DNA of 58,521 bases from Halapricum sp. (GTDB taxonomy: Archaea; Halobacteriota; Halobacteria; Halobacteriales; Haloarculaceae), in NCBI GenBank assembly GCA_036628575.1, contig JAZKRQ010000001.1, positions 1-58,521 on the forward strand, given 5' to 3'. The notes beneath the pieces are model-generated. The model worked only from the letters and a program-made list of their open reading frames with translations. It did not search any database and had not been told where the DNA came from. The position numbers and the translations under genes were made by a program. Of the stretch, positions 19,747 to 30,360 are shown piece by piece; the stretch's first letter is position 1; each line of letters starts with the position of its first letter.

Positions 19747-22419
19747 TCACGTTTCGGCGAGATATTCCAGGAGCCGGTAACAAAGGAGCGTCGCGACTGG
19801 CTGGTCGCCGTACTCCCCCGGTACGTCGAAGGCTAGTGCCGTTACCGTCCCGTCACCAACCGGACGGGTAACCAGCGGACTAGACCAGTTAGCGAGCCAT
19901 CCCTCGACATATCCGGCGTGGATATCGTCGTCCGCAGCGAGTCCCGTCGCGACTGCTGAGGGGTACATGTCCTCCAGTTCCCAGCCGAGTTGCCGGTCAG
20001 ATATTCCCGCGAACAGGGGCGAGTCCTGGTAGAAAAACGACGCAGCTCCGACCCAACTCTCCCGTTCGGGCACCTGATAGAAGTCGAACGGACCGCCGGC
20101 AGACATGGTCCCGTCACTCTCGGGGATTTGTACGACGTCTCCACTGCCGGCCGCAAACGAATCGATCGCCTCTGTGATTCGAGGCGTGATGACCACGTCT
20201 GCACGATCGATCTGGTGTGTTACGTCGACCCCGTCCCGCGCAAGTGCCGAGGCAAGGCGACCCTCAGCCAGGACCGTCCCGGTCGGCGGCTCCCGATCGG
20301 CCAGATTGACGCACGTGATAGGCTCTCTCGTCGCACTCGTCCACTCCTCGGACTCGAATCGGACGTCGAGTTCGAGTGAACGTACCGTTCCATCGGTCCC
20401 GACGGCGGCGTTGACTGACCCCTCGACGATGGCTACGCTGTTCGGCTCGACCGTCAGATCGAATGTCCCGGTCTGCCAGTCGAGTGTCCAACTGACGGTT
20501 CCCTCGAGCTCCCGGTTCAGGTCGTTGACGACGGCGACGTCACCGACGAGCGAATCACCCGCCCTGAGGACGTGTGAATCGAGATCTGCCACGACCGCGA
20601 CAGCATCGTTCACAGCCGCGAACTCGTCGTAGAAGTTCTTGGGCTCGCGTCGGTAGTCGAGAACGCCGTTGAACTCCCATTCGATGTCCGAAAGCTCCGT
20701 CAGGACGTAGCCGGCGATAGACTCGCGGGTGCGAACCGCTTCTAGAAGGTGTTTCACGGATATGTACTGCCGGCGCTGCCACGCGTCCGCGAGCGCGTCG
20801 TAGTCGTCGAACACCGTCGACATATCGGTCTCGGTGAACCGTTGATCGACGCCGTCTGGTCGCTTGTGAGCCTCGGTGAGAAAGGCGTGATCGAACCAGG
20901 GCGGGTCGCCGGCATAGTCCGCTCTGAGCCCCGACAAATCGTCAAGCCCCCACGTCCCCAGTTCGGAGATAACGATCGGTGCGTCCGTGTCCTCGAAATC
21001 CGAGGTCGCGTAGTTGTCCCGAGGGTGATGACGGATGTAGTCTAGATCCTGCTCCCAGGCGTCGGCCCGGTCGGGGCTGACGAAATAGCGGTGGAAATCG
21101 TTGATATCAGTGGTGATGTGTGCCCATCCGGAGTTATCACACACCAGTCGCGTCGGATCACGCTCACGGATAGCTCGGTACTGATCGGCGAGAAACCGTT
21201 GTTTCTCCTCGTCGACCCACAGCGTTTCCTCGTTGTCGGCGTGACCGATGCCCCACTCTTCGTTGTACAGCGACCAGATGACGACACTCGGCCGGTTGTA
21301 ATCGCGATTGATGGTTCCTCGCATCTGATCGACGACCTCGCTTCTGGATCGGTCGGTGTAAACTGTCGGATTGGCTGGCTCTTCCCAGACCAGGAGCCCC
21401 TGGCGGTCGGCGCACTCCAGAAATTCGGGATGAGCGGGCTTGACGTGCTTCCGAATGAGATTAAATCCGAGTTCCTTCGCGACCGAGACTTCGTCGGCGA
21501 ACGTATCCGGTTCCGACGGCCGATACAGCGTCTTCGGGTAGTATCCCTGTTCGAGCACGCCCCGAAGGGTTATCGGCTCGCCGTTGAGGAAGAACTGCTC
21601 GCCGTCCGTGTCGAAACTCCGCATTCCGAAGTAGTCCGTCGTCTGGTCCAGTAACGTTGTGCCGTCCCGGAGGACGACTTCGAGATCGTAGAGGGCGGGC
21701 GCATCGGGGGACCAGTACTCCGGGTCGTCGAAATCGAGCGTCACCTCTGTGTGTTCCCCACCCTCTGTCGTCGCTTCGGCGACGACTTCCCCCTCACGAG
21801 TCGCTTTGACCACACACTCAAGCGCCGACAGTTCACGCGGCCCTGCTTTCAACGTCAGCGCGACAGTCGCTGTGTCGGTCATCAGTTCCGGCGTCACTTC
21901 GAGATTCGTCACGCGTGTCCGGGGTCGAAAATCCAGGCTTACGGACTGCCAGATCCCGCTGACGCGGGTATACCACGGGTCGCCTTGTTTGCCATGTGGA
22001 ATCTCTCGCAGGTCCGCCGGATCCGTGACGGCGACGGTAATCGTGTTGATCCCTGTTCGGAGTTCGTCGGTCACGTCGAACTCGAAGGGAACATAACCGC
22101 CACGGTTCTCGCCGACGCGCTGGCCGTTGACCCAGACGGTCGTCTCGTAGTCGACTGCGCCGAACCGGATGACGACGTTACGGTCACCGACCCTATCGAC
22201 GACAACCTCACGCCGGTACCAAGCTGTCCCAGTGTACGTCCGAAGGTCGTCGAGTTCTTCCCAGGCTTTCGGTACTGTGATCGCGCGCGCGCGGTCGGGC
22301 CAGGTGGCGTCGGTATGCATCCACCCATCCTCGATTCCGGTCTCGTTCGGATCGGTCACGAACGTCCAGTCGCCGTCGAGGGTGATCGAGCGACGCACGT
22401 CTGCCGAACCGTTACTCAC
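19747..22419 (-). CDS. Glycoside hydrolase family 2 (paralogue 1)
   Basis: FGAVDYETTVWVNG, PHGKQ, GFNLIRKH, WSLYNEEWG, ISELG; GTG start. Confidence 0.88.
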   Translation of the reverse strand: MSNGSADVRRSITLDGDWTFVTDPNETGIEDGWMHTDATWPDRARAITVPKAWEELDDLRTYTGTAWYRREVVVDRVGDRNVVIRFGAVDYETTVWVNGQRVGENRGGYVPFEFDVTDELRTGINTITVAVTDPADLREIPHGKQGDPWYTRVSGIWQSVSLDFRPRTRVTNLEVTPELMTDTATVALTLKAGPRELSALECVVKATREGEVVAEATTEGGEHTEVTLDFDDPEYWSPDAPALYDLEVVLRDGTTLLDQTTDYFGMRSFDTDGEQFFLNGEPITLRGVLEQGYYPKTLYRPSEPDTFADEVSVAKELGFNLIRKHVKPAHPEFLECADRQGLLVWEEPANPTVYTDRSRSEVVDQMRGTINRDYNRPSVVIWSLYNEEWGIGHADNEETLWVDEEKQRFLADQYRAIRERDPTRLVCDNSGWAHITTDINDFHRYFVSPDRADAWEQDLDYIRHHPRDNYATSDFEDTDAPIVISELGTWGLDDLSGLRADYAGDPPWFDHAFLTEAHKRPDGVDQRFTETDMSTVFDDYDALADAWQRRQYISVKHLLEAVRTRESIAGYVLTELSDIEWEFNGVLDYRREPKNFYDEFAAVNDAVAVVADLDSHVLRAGDSLVGDVAVVNDLNRELEGTVSWTLDWQTGTFDLTVEPNSVAIVEGSVNAAVGTDGTVRSLELDVRFESEEWTSATREPITCVNLADREPPTGTVLAEGRLASALARDGVDVTHQIDRADVVITPRITEAIDSFAAGSGDVVQIPESDGTMSAGGPFDFYQVPERESWVGAASFFYQDSPLFAGISDRQLGWELEDMYPSAVATGLAADDDIHAGYVEGWLANWSSPLVTRPVGDGTVTALAFDVPGEYGDQPVATLLCYRLLEYLAET

Positions 22420-22528
22420 GGAGTCCCCCTCCCGCTCCGTGTCTCCGGCCCGACACCGGAATCTGCCGTGTTATCATACGAGTACGGTGGTTCTCCCTGG
22501 ACAAAATCCCTTTCGGTTGACTGAGATA

Positions 22529-22584
22529 GTTTCCTACAAAGAAACGACTACGAGTATCGTGGAGGTCGTATCTTGATAGGAAAC
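22529..22584. promoter_or_regulatory. Paired candidate operators GTTTC-N7-GAAAC between divergent GH2 and IclR-2
   Basis: gtttc-ctacaaa-gaaac (22529-22545) and gtatc-ttgatag-gaaac (22568-22584), together a 17/20 inverted repeat. Confidence 0.55.
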
Positions 22585-22614
22585 GATATGCGACACGAAC
22601 TCGTTCTCTTGTGC

Positions 22615-23418
22615 ATGACACGCGCCGACCATCACGTCAATGCCGTCATGACCGGCTTTCGCGTCGTCGAAGAGCTGGCGCGTGGCGATGCCCTCGGGGT
22701 GACCGAACTCACGCAACGAACCGGTATCGCCAAAAGTTCGGTCTACAAGCATCTGGACACGCTCAGAGAACTCGGATACGTCACCAAAGGCGACGACGAC
22801 CGGTATTCGCTCTCGTTGCGGTGGTTCGAAGCCGGTCTCTACGTTCGCGACCAGCACGACGTGTTCGCACTGGCCCGGGAAGAACTGGACAAGCTGGCGG
22901 CCCGCACCGGCGAAACAGTCTCACTCGTCGTTGAGGAGGACGGCGACGCCGTCTACCTCTATCAGGCCAGTGAGAACGGGGCCGGTGCGCCTATGTCGGA
23001 GGGTGAACGAATGCCGGCACCGCTCTCTGTCGGGGCGAAAGCTATCTTCGCCTACCGCCCCGACGAGGAGGTCGAAGCGATGCTCGATCGGAACGATGTC
23101 GACAGCGATCCCGAGGAGTTCCTCGAAGAACTCCAGTCACTCCGCGATCAGCGGATCGTCATCCGTCGTGAGCCGCCACTACAGGAGACGTTCAGCGCGG
23201 GCGCGTTCGAGGGTCATCGCCACGTCGTCGGTCACGACGAACCTTACCGGAATCTCCACAGCGCTGCCGTTCCCCTCCGTGATCCAGACGATTACGCGTG
23301 CGCCGCCATCGAGATCAGCGGCGACGAATCGAGTCTGTACGGCCGACGTCTCGAAGAGGAGATTGCCGGCTTGCTCGTCTCTGCTGAACGAACCGTCGAG
23401 GCGGCAATGGCTCAGTAG
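22615..23418 (+). CDS. IclR-family transcriptional regulator (IclR-2)
   Basis: HTH IAKSSVYKHLDTL, TGETVSLVVEE, GAKAIFAY. Confidence 0.9.
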   Translation: MTRADHHVNAVMTGFRVVEELARGDALGVTELTQRTGIAKSSVYKHLDTLRELGYVTKGDDDRYSLSLRWFEAGLYVRDQHDVFALAREELDKLAARTGETVSLVVEEDGDAVYLYQASENGAGAPMSEGERMPAPLSVGAKAIFAYRPDEEVEAMLDRNDVDSDPEEFLEELQSLRDQRIVIRREPPLQETFSAGAFEGHRHVVGHDEPYRNLHSAAVPLRDPDDYACAAIEISGDESSLYGRRLEEEIAGLLVSAERTVEAAMAQ

Positions 23419-23802
23419 TGCTAGCGGTTACGAACATACGTGTGTAAAGAAAGTGGCGACATCCTGTCTTGTTCTCCTCACGATACCGTAGGAACAATAA
23501 TGAGGGTCTGTTTCGCAATAAGAAACGGCTACGTCGATCGCGGCTATCGGGTCCTGGCAGCTATCGTCTCGCCCCTCCATTTGATTGCTCGCATGGTCCC
23601 CTGAATCTCCACTCGGATACCGCGGATCCATCCGTAATCGGTCGTACTGGGCCGCTGTATGGCGAACGCTACGAATCGTTATTCATCGAATCACGGGCGT
23701 GTACGACGATTCGCGATCGGATTCGCACTCAACGTGCATTCAGGCATCCGACGTGGTTCGATGATGCAGTAAAATATAAATACTTCTATTGTAGGATTGT
23801 GA

Positions 23803-23926
23803 ATGGGGCATTATCTCTGACATGCTACCCAGAATCGATGCCCCGTAATCGGGTCAGACACCCTGGTGCCGGTCACTCTGCCCGTTCGGGTACGGTTCCG
23901 TACCCCCTGAGTCTCCACCCTTTTTT
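23803..23926 (+). ncRNA. Candidate structured intergenic sRNA
   Basis: TATAAATA at 23775-23782, stems ggggcat/atgcccc and gggtacgg/ccgtaccc, T6 tract at 23921-23926. Confidence 0.3.
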
Positions 23927-24063
23927 CCAAACCAACTAATTGGCCGCCAACGGTCGAAAAACGTCACTCGCCGATTTCTGATTTCGAGAGTTGTTTGATC
24001 GATTTCGGCCGTCAGAAGCGTCGTAGTCGATCTCGGCGCGTCGTACGTCGTCGCGATCTCCGA

Positions 24064-25209
<1,146 letters not shown>

Positions 25210-25324
25210 GGGGAAACAGATGTGATTGGACCATACACAAATATAAATGTAATGGTTCTATTTGTACCCCATATAATAGGATATATGGGAAAAGATTAAG
25301 TTCTTCTATATCACACGACTATCT

Positions 25325-26629
25325 ATGGCTCGCAAGCCCAAGCAGCAGACAGACACTAGTAGAAGAGGGTATCTGAAACTGGCAGGAACCGCTGGTATCG
25401 CTGGTCTCGCCGGATGTGGGGGGGTCGGCGGTGGAGGCGGTAACGGAAATTCGTCGGGAACGACCGAGGTCGAGTTCTGGACTCTGTTCGCCGGTGGCGA
25501 TGGGAAGACAATGAAATCACTCGTCGACAAGTTCAACGAGGAGCACGACGATATCCAGGTCAAACGAGAACGGCAACCGTTCGCCGAGTACTACGACAAG
25601 CTGTTCACCTCGATGACCGGCGGGAGCTCACCGGACCTGGCGGTGTTTCACACCTCCGAACTCGAGCGGTTCGTTGACGCGATACAACCACTCGACGACA
25701 AGATCAGCTCGGGGACGTCCGACGCGTACGTCTCGTCGATCTGGGACGAGGTGAAGTACGGCGGGAACCACGTTGCGCTCCCGCTCGACACCCACCCGAA
25801 CGGTCTCTACTACAACAAAGACATTTTCGAAGAGGCCGGGCTCGATCCAGAGAGTCCGCCATCGAATTTCGAGGAACTGAAGACCGCTGCGAACACCATC
25901 GCAGCGGAGACGGACAAGATCGCGTTCAACCCTGAGCCGTACCAGGGCTTCTACGTCCGTCAGTTCATCGCCTGGCTTGAGGGCAGGGGTGGACAGTTCC
26001 TCAACGACGACAAGACCAAAGCCCAGTTCGCGGGGCCCGAGGGACAGGCCATCGCGGAGTTCTACTCGAACATCACCGGCGGCTGGGGATGGGACAAAGC
26101 CGACTCCACGGAGAACCGCGGGACGAAGGCGTTCCGTTCGGGCGACATGGCCATGACGGTCAACGGCACGTGGTACTACGGTGTGCTGGCTGAGAAGGAC
26201 TTCGAGTGGGGGATGACCAAGCCGTTCGTCGCCCCGGGACAGTCTGCGAATATGACCTGGGCCAACTCCCACACGATCGGCCTCCCGCGGAAGAAAAACC
26301 AGAGCGATTCCAAGCGTCAGGCCGCGATCACGGTCGCCGAGTGGCTCACCCAGAACGCCACCGAATGGGGGACCAGCGCAGGACACCTCCCGGCCGCAGA
26401 AAGCGTCCTGCAGGCGGACGAACTCCGCTCGGCGAACGTCTGGAAGAAGACCCTCTCGACGTACAAGGAGATGGCCGACGCCGGACAACTCGCGTACATG
26501 CCGAGTACGTCCAACAACGGGAACTACAAGCGTCCCGTCAACGAGGCGCTCGGACAGATCTACAGCCAGAAAAAAGAGCCAGTCTCGGCCATCGAAACGG
26601 CCGCAAACGACGTGAACTCGAACCTCTAA
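25325..26629 (+). CDS. Sugar-binding lipoprotein of ABC transporter (Tat-exported)
   Basis: SRRGYLK twin-arginine motif, LAGC lipobox, LYYNKDIF. Confidence 0.92.
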   Translation: MARKPKQQTDTSRRGYLKLAGTAGIAGLAGCGGVGGGGGNGNSSGTTEVEFWTLFAGGDGKTMKSLVDKFNEEHDDIQVKRERQPFAEYYDKLFTSMTGGSSPDLAVFHTSELERFVDAIQPLDDKISSGTSDAYVSSIWDEVKYGGNHVALPLDTHPNGLYYNKDIFEEAGLDPESPPSNFEELKTAANTIAAETDKIAFNPEPYQGFYVRQFIAWLEGRGGQFLNDDKTKAQFAGPEGQAIAEFYSNITGGWGWDKADSTENRGTKAFRSGDMAMTVNGTWYYGVLAEKDFEWGMTKPFVAPGQSANMTWANSHTIGLPRKKNQSDSKRQAAITVAEWLTQNATEWGTSAGHLPAAESVLQADELRSANVWKKTLSTYKEMADAGQLAYMPSTSNNGNYKRPVNEALGQIYSQKKEPVSAIETAANDVNSNL

Positions 26630-26630
26630 G

Positions 26631-27566
26631 ATGAGTATCAGATCCAGCCTCGTCTCATACAGAAACCGGGTTGGTGAGGTCAACCTCTCGGATCTGCGAT
26701 CAGGCGAGACGCGGGATGGGATCCTGTTCGCACTCCCGTACATGCTGGTGTTCTCGGTTTTCCTGCTGTATCCGTTACTCAAAGGCTTCTGGATGAGCCT
26801 CCACGACTGGAACGCCTTAGCTCCCTCTCAGTCGGAGTTCATCCTGCTGGAAAACTACGTCCGAATGTTCAACGACCCGATCTTCTGGAAGGCAGTCATG
26901 TCGACTGTCTACTTCGTCGTTCTCACCGTCCCGACGCTCGTGTTGCTGGGTCTGGGACTGGCCCTCGGTGCTAACCGAGAGGTGAAGGGCAAGCGGATCC
27001 TGCGGACAATATATTTCAGCCCATACGTGTTGACGGTGTCGGTCGTCTCGCTCATCTGGATGGAGCTGTACGCACCGTCGTACGGCCCGATTAATTATTA
27101 CGTGGGCTGGCTCGTGGAGAGCCCGCCCTCGTGGCTCGACTCGTTCACGTTAGCGATGCCCGCGGTCGCGCTGGCGACCATCTGGTGGACGGTCGGTTTC
27201 AACTTCGTCATCCTGCTTGCAGCTCGACAGAACGTCCCGGAGCGCCTCTACGAGGCCGCGCGCCTCGACGGGGCTGGCACCTGGCGAATGTTCAAAGACG
27301 TTACGCTGCCGCAGATGAAAAACGCCATCTCGTTCGTCGTCACCGTCCAGTTCATCATGTCGTTCCAGGTGTTCGGACAGGTGTACATCATGACTAACGG
27401 TGGACCCGGCAACGCGACCCAGTCCATCGTGATGTACCTCTACCGGATGGCGTTCCGCAACCAGGAGTTCGGGTACGCCGCTGCGATCGGCTACTTCCTG
27501 TTCTTCACCCTGGTGGCGACCTCCTTCGCGAACTACTACTTCATCGGAGGCGACAGCAATGAGTAA
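26631..27566 (+). CDS. Carbohydrate ABC transporter permease (MalF-like)
   Basis: EAARLDGA, TNGGP, multiple TM segments. Confidence 0.92.
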   Translation: MSIRSSLVSYRNRVGEVNLSDLRSGETRDGILFALPYMLVFSVFLLYPLLKGFWMSLHDWNALAPSQSEFILLENYVRMFNDPIFWKAVMSTVYFVVLTVPTLVLLGLGLALGANREVKGKRILRTIYFSPYVLTVSVVSLIWMELYAPSYGPINYYVGWLVESPPSWLDSFTLAMPAVALATIWWTVGFNFVILLAARQNVPERLYEAARLDGAGTWRMFKDVTLPQMKNAISFVVTVQFIMSFQVFGQVYIMTNGGPGNATQSIVMYLYRMAFRNQEFGYAAAIGYFLFFTLVATSFANYYFIGGDSNE

Positions 27567-28422
27567 CGCATACACGACACGACTGAGACACAACCAAGAA
27601 CTGAAGCGCCGACTGCAAACCGTCGGCGTGTACGTGCTCCTGTACGGGACAGCGCTTCTGTTCCTAGTGCCGTACCTGTACATGCTATCGACGTCCGTGA
27701 CGCCGGAGTCACTGGCGTTCACGCAGAAACCGTACTGGATTCCGCCGGAAATGACATTCCGGTGGTACGACGCGGTGCTCTCGGGCGCGCCGATGCTGGA
27801 CTGGTTCGTGAACACCGCGATCATCGCGTCGGTGACGACCGTTCTCGTGGTCATCCTCGACTCGATGATCGCGTTCTCGCTCACGAAACTCGATTGGCCC
27901 GGGCAGCGATTCGTGTTCGTCGTCATTATCGCGTCGTTCATGGTGCCGGTGTTCGCCAACATGGTGCCGCTGTTCACGATCATCTCCGACCTCGGGCTCA
28001 TCAACAGTCCGCTGGCGGTGATCCTCCCGTTCAGCGCGATGCCGATCGGCGTATTCCTGTTCGTGCAGTTCTTCAAGGATCTCCCCGATTCGGTCATCGA
28101 GGCGGCCCGTCTCGACGGGTTCTCGACGTTCCAGATCTACAGGCGCATCGTGTTACCACTGATGAAGCCGGCGATTGCGGCGCTCTCGCTGTACACGTTC
28201 GTCTACACCTGGAACCAGTTCCTCTGGCCGCTCATCGTGCTCCAGGGCCAAGAGTCGTTTACGCTGCCGGTCGGTATCGTCACAATGCAACCGACGCAGG
28301 TGTTCCAGCCCGGAGCGCAAATGGCAGGGACGTTCCTGGCGGCGTTGCCGCTGTTCATCGTCTTCCTGATCCTCCAGGAACACCTCGTGAACGCCATCCA
28401 GATGCAGGGGACGACCGGATGA
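27559..28422 (+). CDS. Carbohydrate ABC transporter permease (MalG-like)
   Basis: EAARLDG, WNQFLWPL; overlaps upstream stop. Confidence 0.92.
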   Translation: MSNAYTTRLRHNQELKRRLQTVGVYVLLYGTALLFLVPYLYMLSTSVTPESLAFTQKPYWIPPEMTFRWYDAVLSGAPMLDWFVNTAIIASVTTVLVVILDSMIAFSLTKLDWPGQRFVFVVIIASFMVPVFANMVPLFTIISDLGLINSPLAVILPFSAMPIGVFLFVQFFKDLPDSVIEAARLDGFSTFQIYRRIVLPLMKPAIAALSLYTFVYTWNQFLWPLIVLQGQESFTLPVGIVTMQPTQVFQPGAQMAGTFLAALPLFIVFLILQEHLVNAIQMQGTTG

Positions 28423-29096
28423 CTGGGAACAACGAGTCCATCTCGGCAGCCGAGACGCCCTCCAGGACGAGCGAAGAGGAATCCGGTCGGACCGGTGCTC
28501 TCAAGCGAACGCTACGCTTCACGTACCACCACTCAACAGTGCTCGTTCCACTCTCCGTGCTGTGGTTCTTCACGTCGCTCCCACTGGTGACGGCCGGCCC
28601 TGCGACGCTCGGCGCATATGCGACTGTCCTGTCGCTTCGCGAGACGGGCGAAGTCGACCGTGGACGCGTTCTCGGGACAATCCGACGGAACCTCGTCCAC
28701 TCGATACTGCTCGGATTGCTTCCACCGGTGTTCCTGGGTATCGCGACGGTCAACGCCATCGGTGGCGGATCAAGTCTAGTCGCGGTCCTCGCCCTCTACG
28801 TGGGCACCTACCTCGCGGTCGTGCTGGTTCCAACGTTCGTTGGACTTGCCCAGGGACGCGCCATCGTCCCAGCGCTTCGGGAAGGGTACATCTGGACGGC
28901 GAACAATCCAGCGGTGGCCGTGCATCTAGTGGTCGTGACCATCGTCGTCACTGTGGCTGCAGCCTTCCTGACTATCGGGTTCGTGCTGCTGTTCGCCGGC
29001 CTGCTCGCGACCTACCACATGGAGATCATCTATGACGACGCTCCCGCAGTCGATCCCGGAACAGGGGCGGCAGAGGTTCACGGAGTCCTCTCCTGA
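28419..29096 (+). CDS. Integral membrane accessory protein (YesL/DUF624-like)
   Basis: ATGA overlap with the permease; SLPLVTAGPATLG motif; several TM helices. Confidence 0.7.
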   Translation: MTGNNESISAAETPSRTSEEESGRTGALKRTLRFTYHHSTVLVPLSVLWFFTSLPLVTAGPATLGAYATVLSLRETGEVDRGRVLGTIRRNLVHSILLGLLPPVFLGIATVNAIGGGSSLVAVLALYVGTYLAVVLVPTFVGLAQGRAIVPALREGYIWTANNPAVAVHLVVVTIVVTVAAAFLTIGFVLLFAGLLATYHMEIIYDDAPAVDPGTGAAEVHGVLS

Positions 29097-29237
29097 TTGC
29101 CAATGTCCAATTACGAGTACAGATATTCAAAGTTGGTACCCGGCCGAAACAATAGAAGTCCGTAGCATCGACCGACGGAACGACGTATCGACGATGCACC
29201 GACTTGACGATCGAACACAAATACAACATAAGGAAAT

Positions 29238-30293
29238 ATGATAGATACGAACGACAGATGGACCGCTGAGGAAGCATGGGACTGGTATGACGACCAGGAT
29301 TGGCTGGTCGGGTGTAACTACGTCCCGAGCACCGCTGTCAATCCGACAGGGATGTGGCAGGCCGAGACGTTCGATCGCGAAACGATCGACCGAGAACTCG
29401 GCTGGGCCGCGGACCTCTCGATGAACACGCTCCGGGTTTTTCTCCAGTACGTCGTCTGGGAGGCCGACCCGGAGGGTCTCAAAGAGCGAATGGACCGTTT
29501 TCTCGACATCGCGGACAGGCACGGAATGACGACGATGTTCGTCTTCTTCGACGATGTCGCGTTCTCGGGGAAGGAACCGTACACCGGCCCACAAGACGAC
29601 CCAATACCGGAGACACACAACAGCCAGTGGACGCCCAGTCCGGGCCACGATATCGCCACCGAACCGGACCGATGGGACGGCCCCCGTGAGTACGTCCGCG
29701 ACATCGTCTCGACGTTCCGTGACGACGGCCGGGTACTCATGTGGGACGTCTACAACGAACCCGGAAACAGCGATATGGACCAGCAGACGCTCCCTTTACT
29801 CCGCGAATCGTTCGACTGGGTGCGTGCCGAAGACCCCGAACAGCCAGTCACGGCAGGTGTCAACTGGGATCCGGATCGCGAGAAACAGAACCGGATCGGC
29901 TCCGAGAACGCCGACGTAATCTCGTTTCACGACTATTCAGAGCTGTCGTTCACGAAAGAGCGCGTCGAGCGCATGCAAGAGCGGTACGGAAGGCCGCTTC
30001 TCTGTACCGAGTGGATGGCCCGCCCGCGTGACAACACGGTTGAGACACATCTCCCGTACTTCCGAAACGAAGAGATCGGTTGTTACACGTGGGGGCTAGT
30101 GAACGGCAAGACGCAGACGCATCTCCCCTGGTCGACTGCTCAGACGTCTATCGCTGAAGCCATCGACGAAGAGGAAACCGACGTTTGGTTCCACGACCTC
30201 CTGCACGGAGACGGGACGCCTTACAGACAATCAGAGGTCGAATCGTTGGAGCAGATAATCGACGACCAACAGGAGCAGAGACAGGAATTGTAA
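29238..30293 (+). CDS. GH5-like glycoside hydrolase (resembles subfamily 13)
   Basis: RWTAEEAWDWY, GCNYVPSTAVN, WDVYNEP (acid/base), CTEWMAR (nucleophile), WGLVNGKTQT. Confidence 0.8.
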   Translation: MIDTNDRWTAEEAWDWYDDQDWLVGCNYVPSTAVNPTGMWQAETFDRETIDRELGWAADLSMNTLRVFLQYVVWEADPEGLKERMDRFLDIADRHGMTTMFVFFDDVAFSGKEPYTGPQDDPIPETHNSQWTPSPGHDIATEPDRWDGPREYVRDIVSTFRDDGRVLMWDVYNEPGNSDMDQQTLPLLRESFDWVRAEDPEQPVTAGVNWDPDREKQNRIGSENADVISFHDYSELSFTKERVERMQERYGRPLLCTEWMARPRDNTVETHLPYFRNEEIGCYTWGLVNGKTQTHLPWSTAQTSIAEAIDEEETDVWFHDLLHGDGTPYRQSEVESLEQIIDDQQEQRQEL

Positions 30294-30360
30294 TTCAGAA
30301 AACAGACAGAGCTGGACAAGCATTGCGAATTAGCTACCCAAGTGCGGTTCGATCACAGGT

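Noticed and set aside
22380-22419. RR near the GH2 N-terminus as a Tat signal
   Set aside because: No hydrophobic region follows; it leads straight into the conserved LDGDW
23469-23939. 156-aa ORF
   Set aside because: Basic, Arg-rich, TTG start, crosses a TATA-like tract; unlike haloarchaeal proteins
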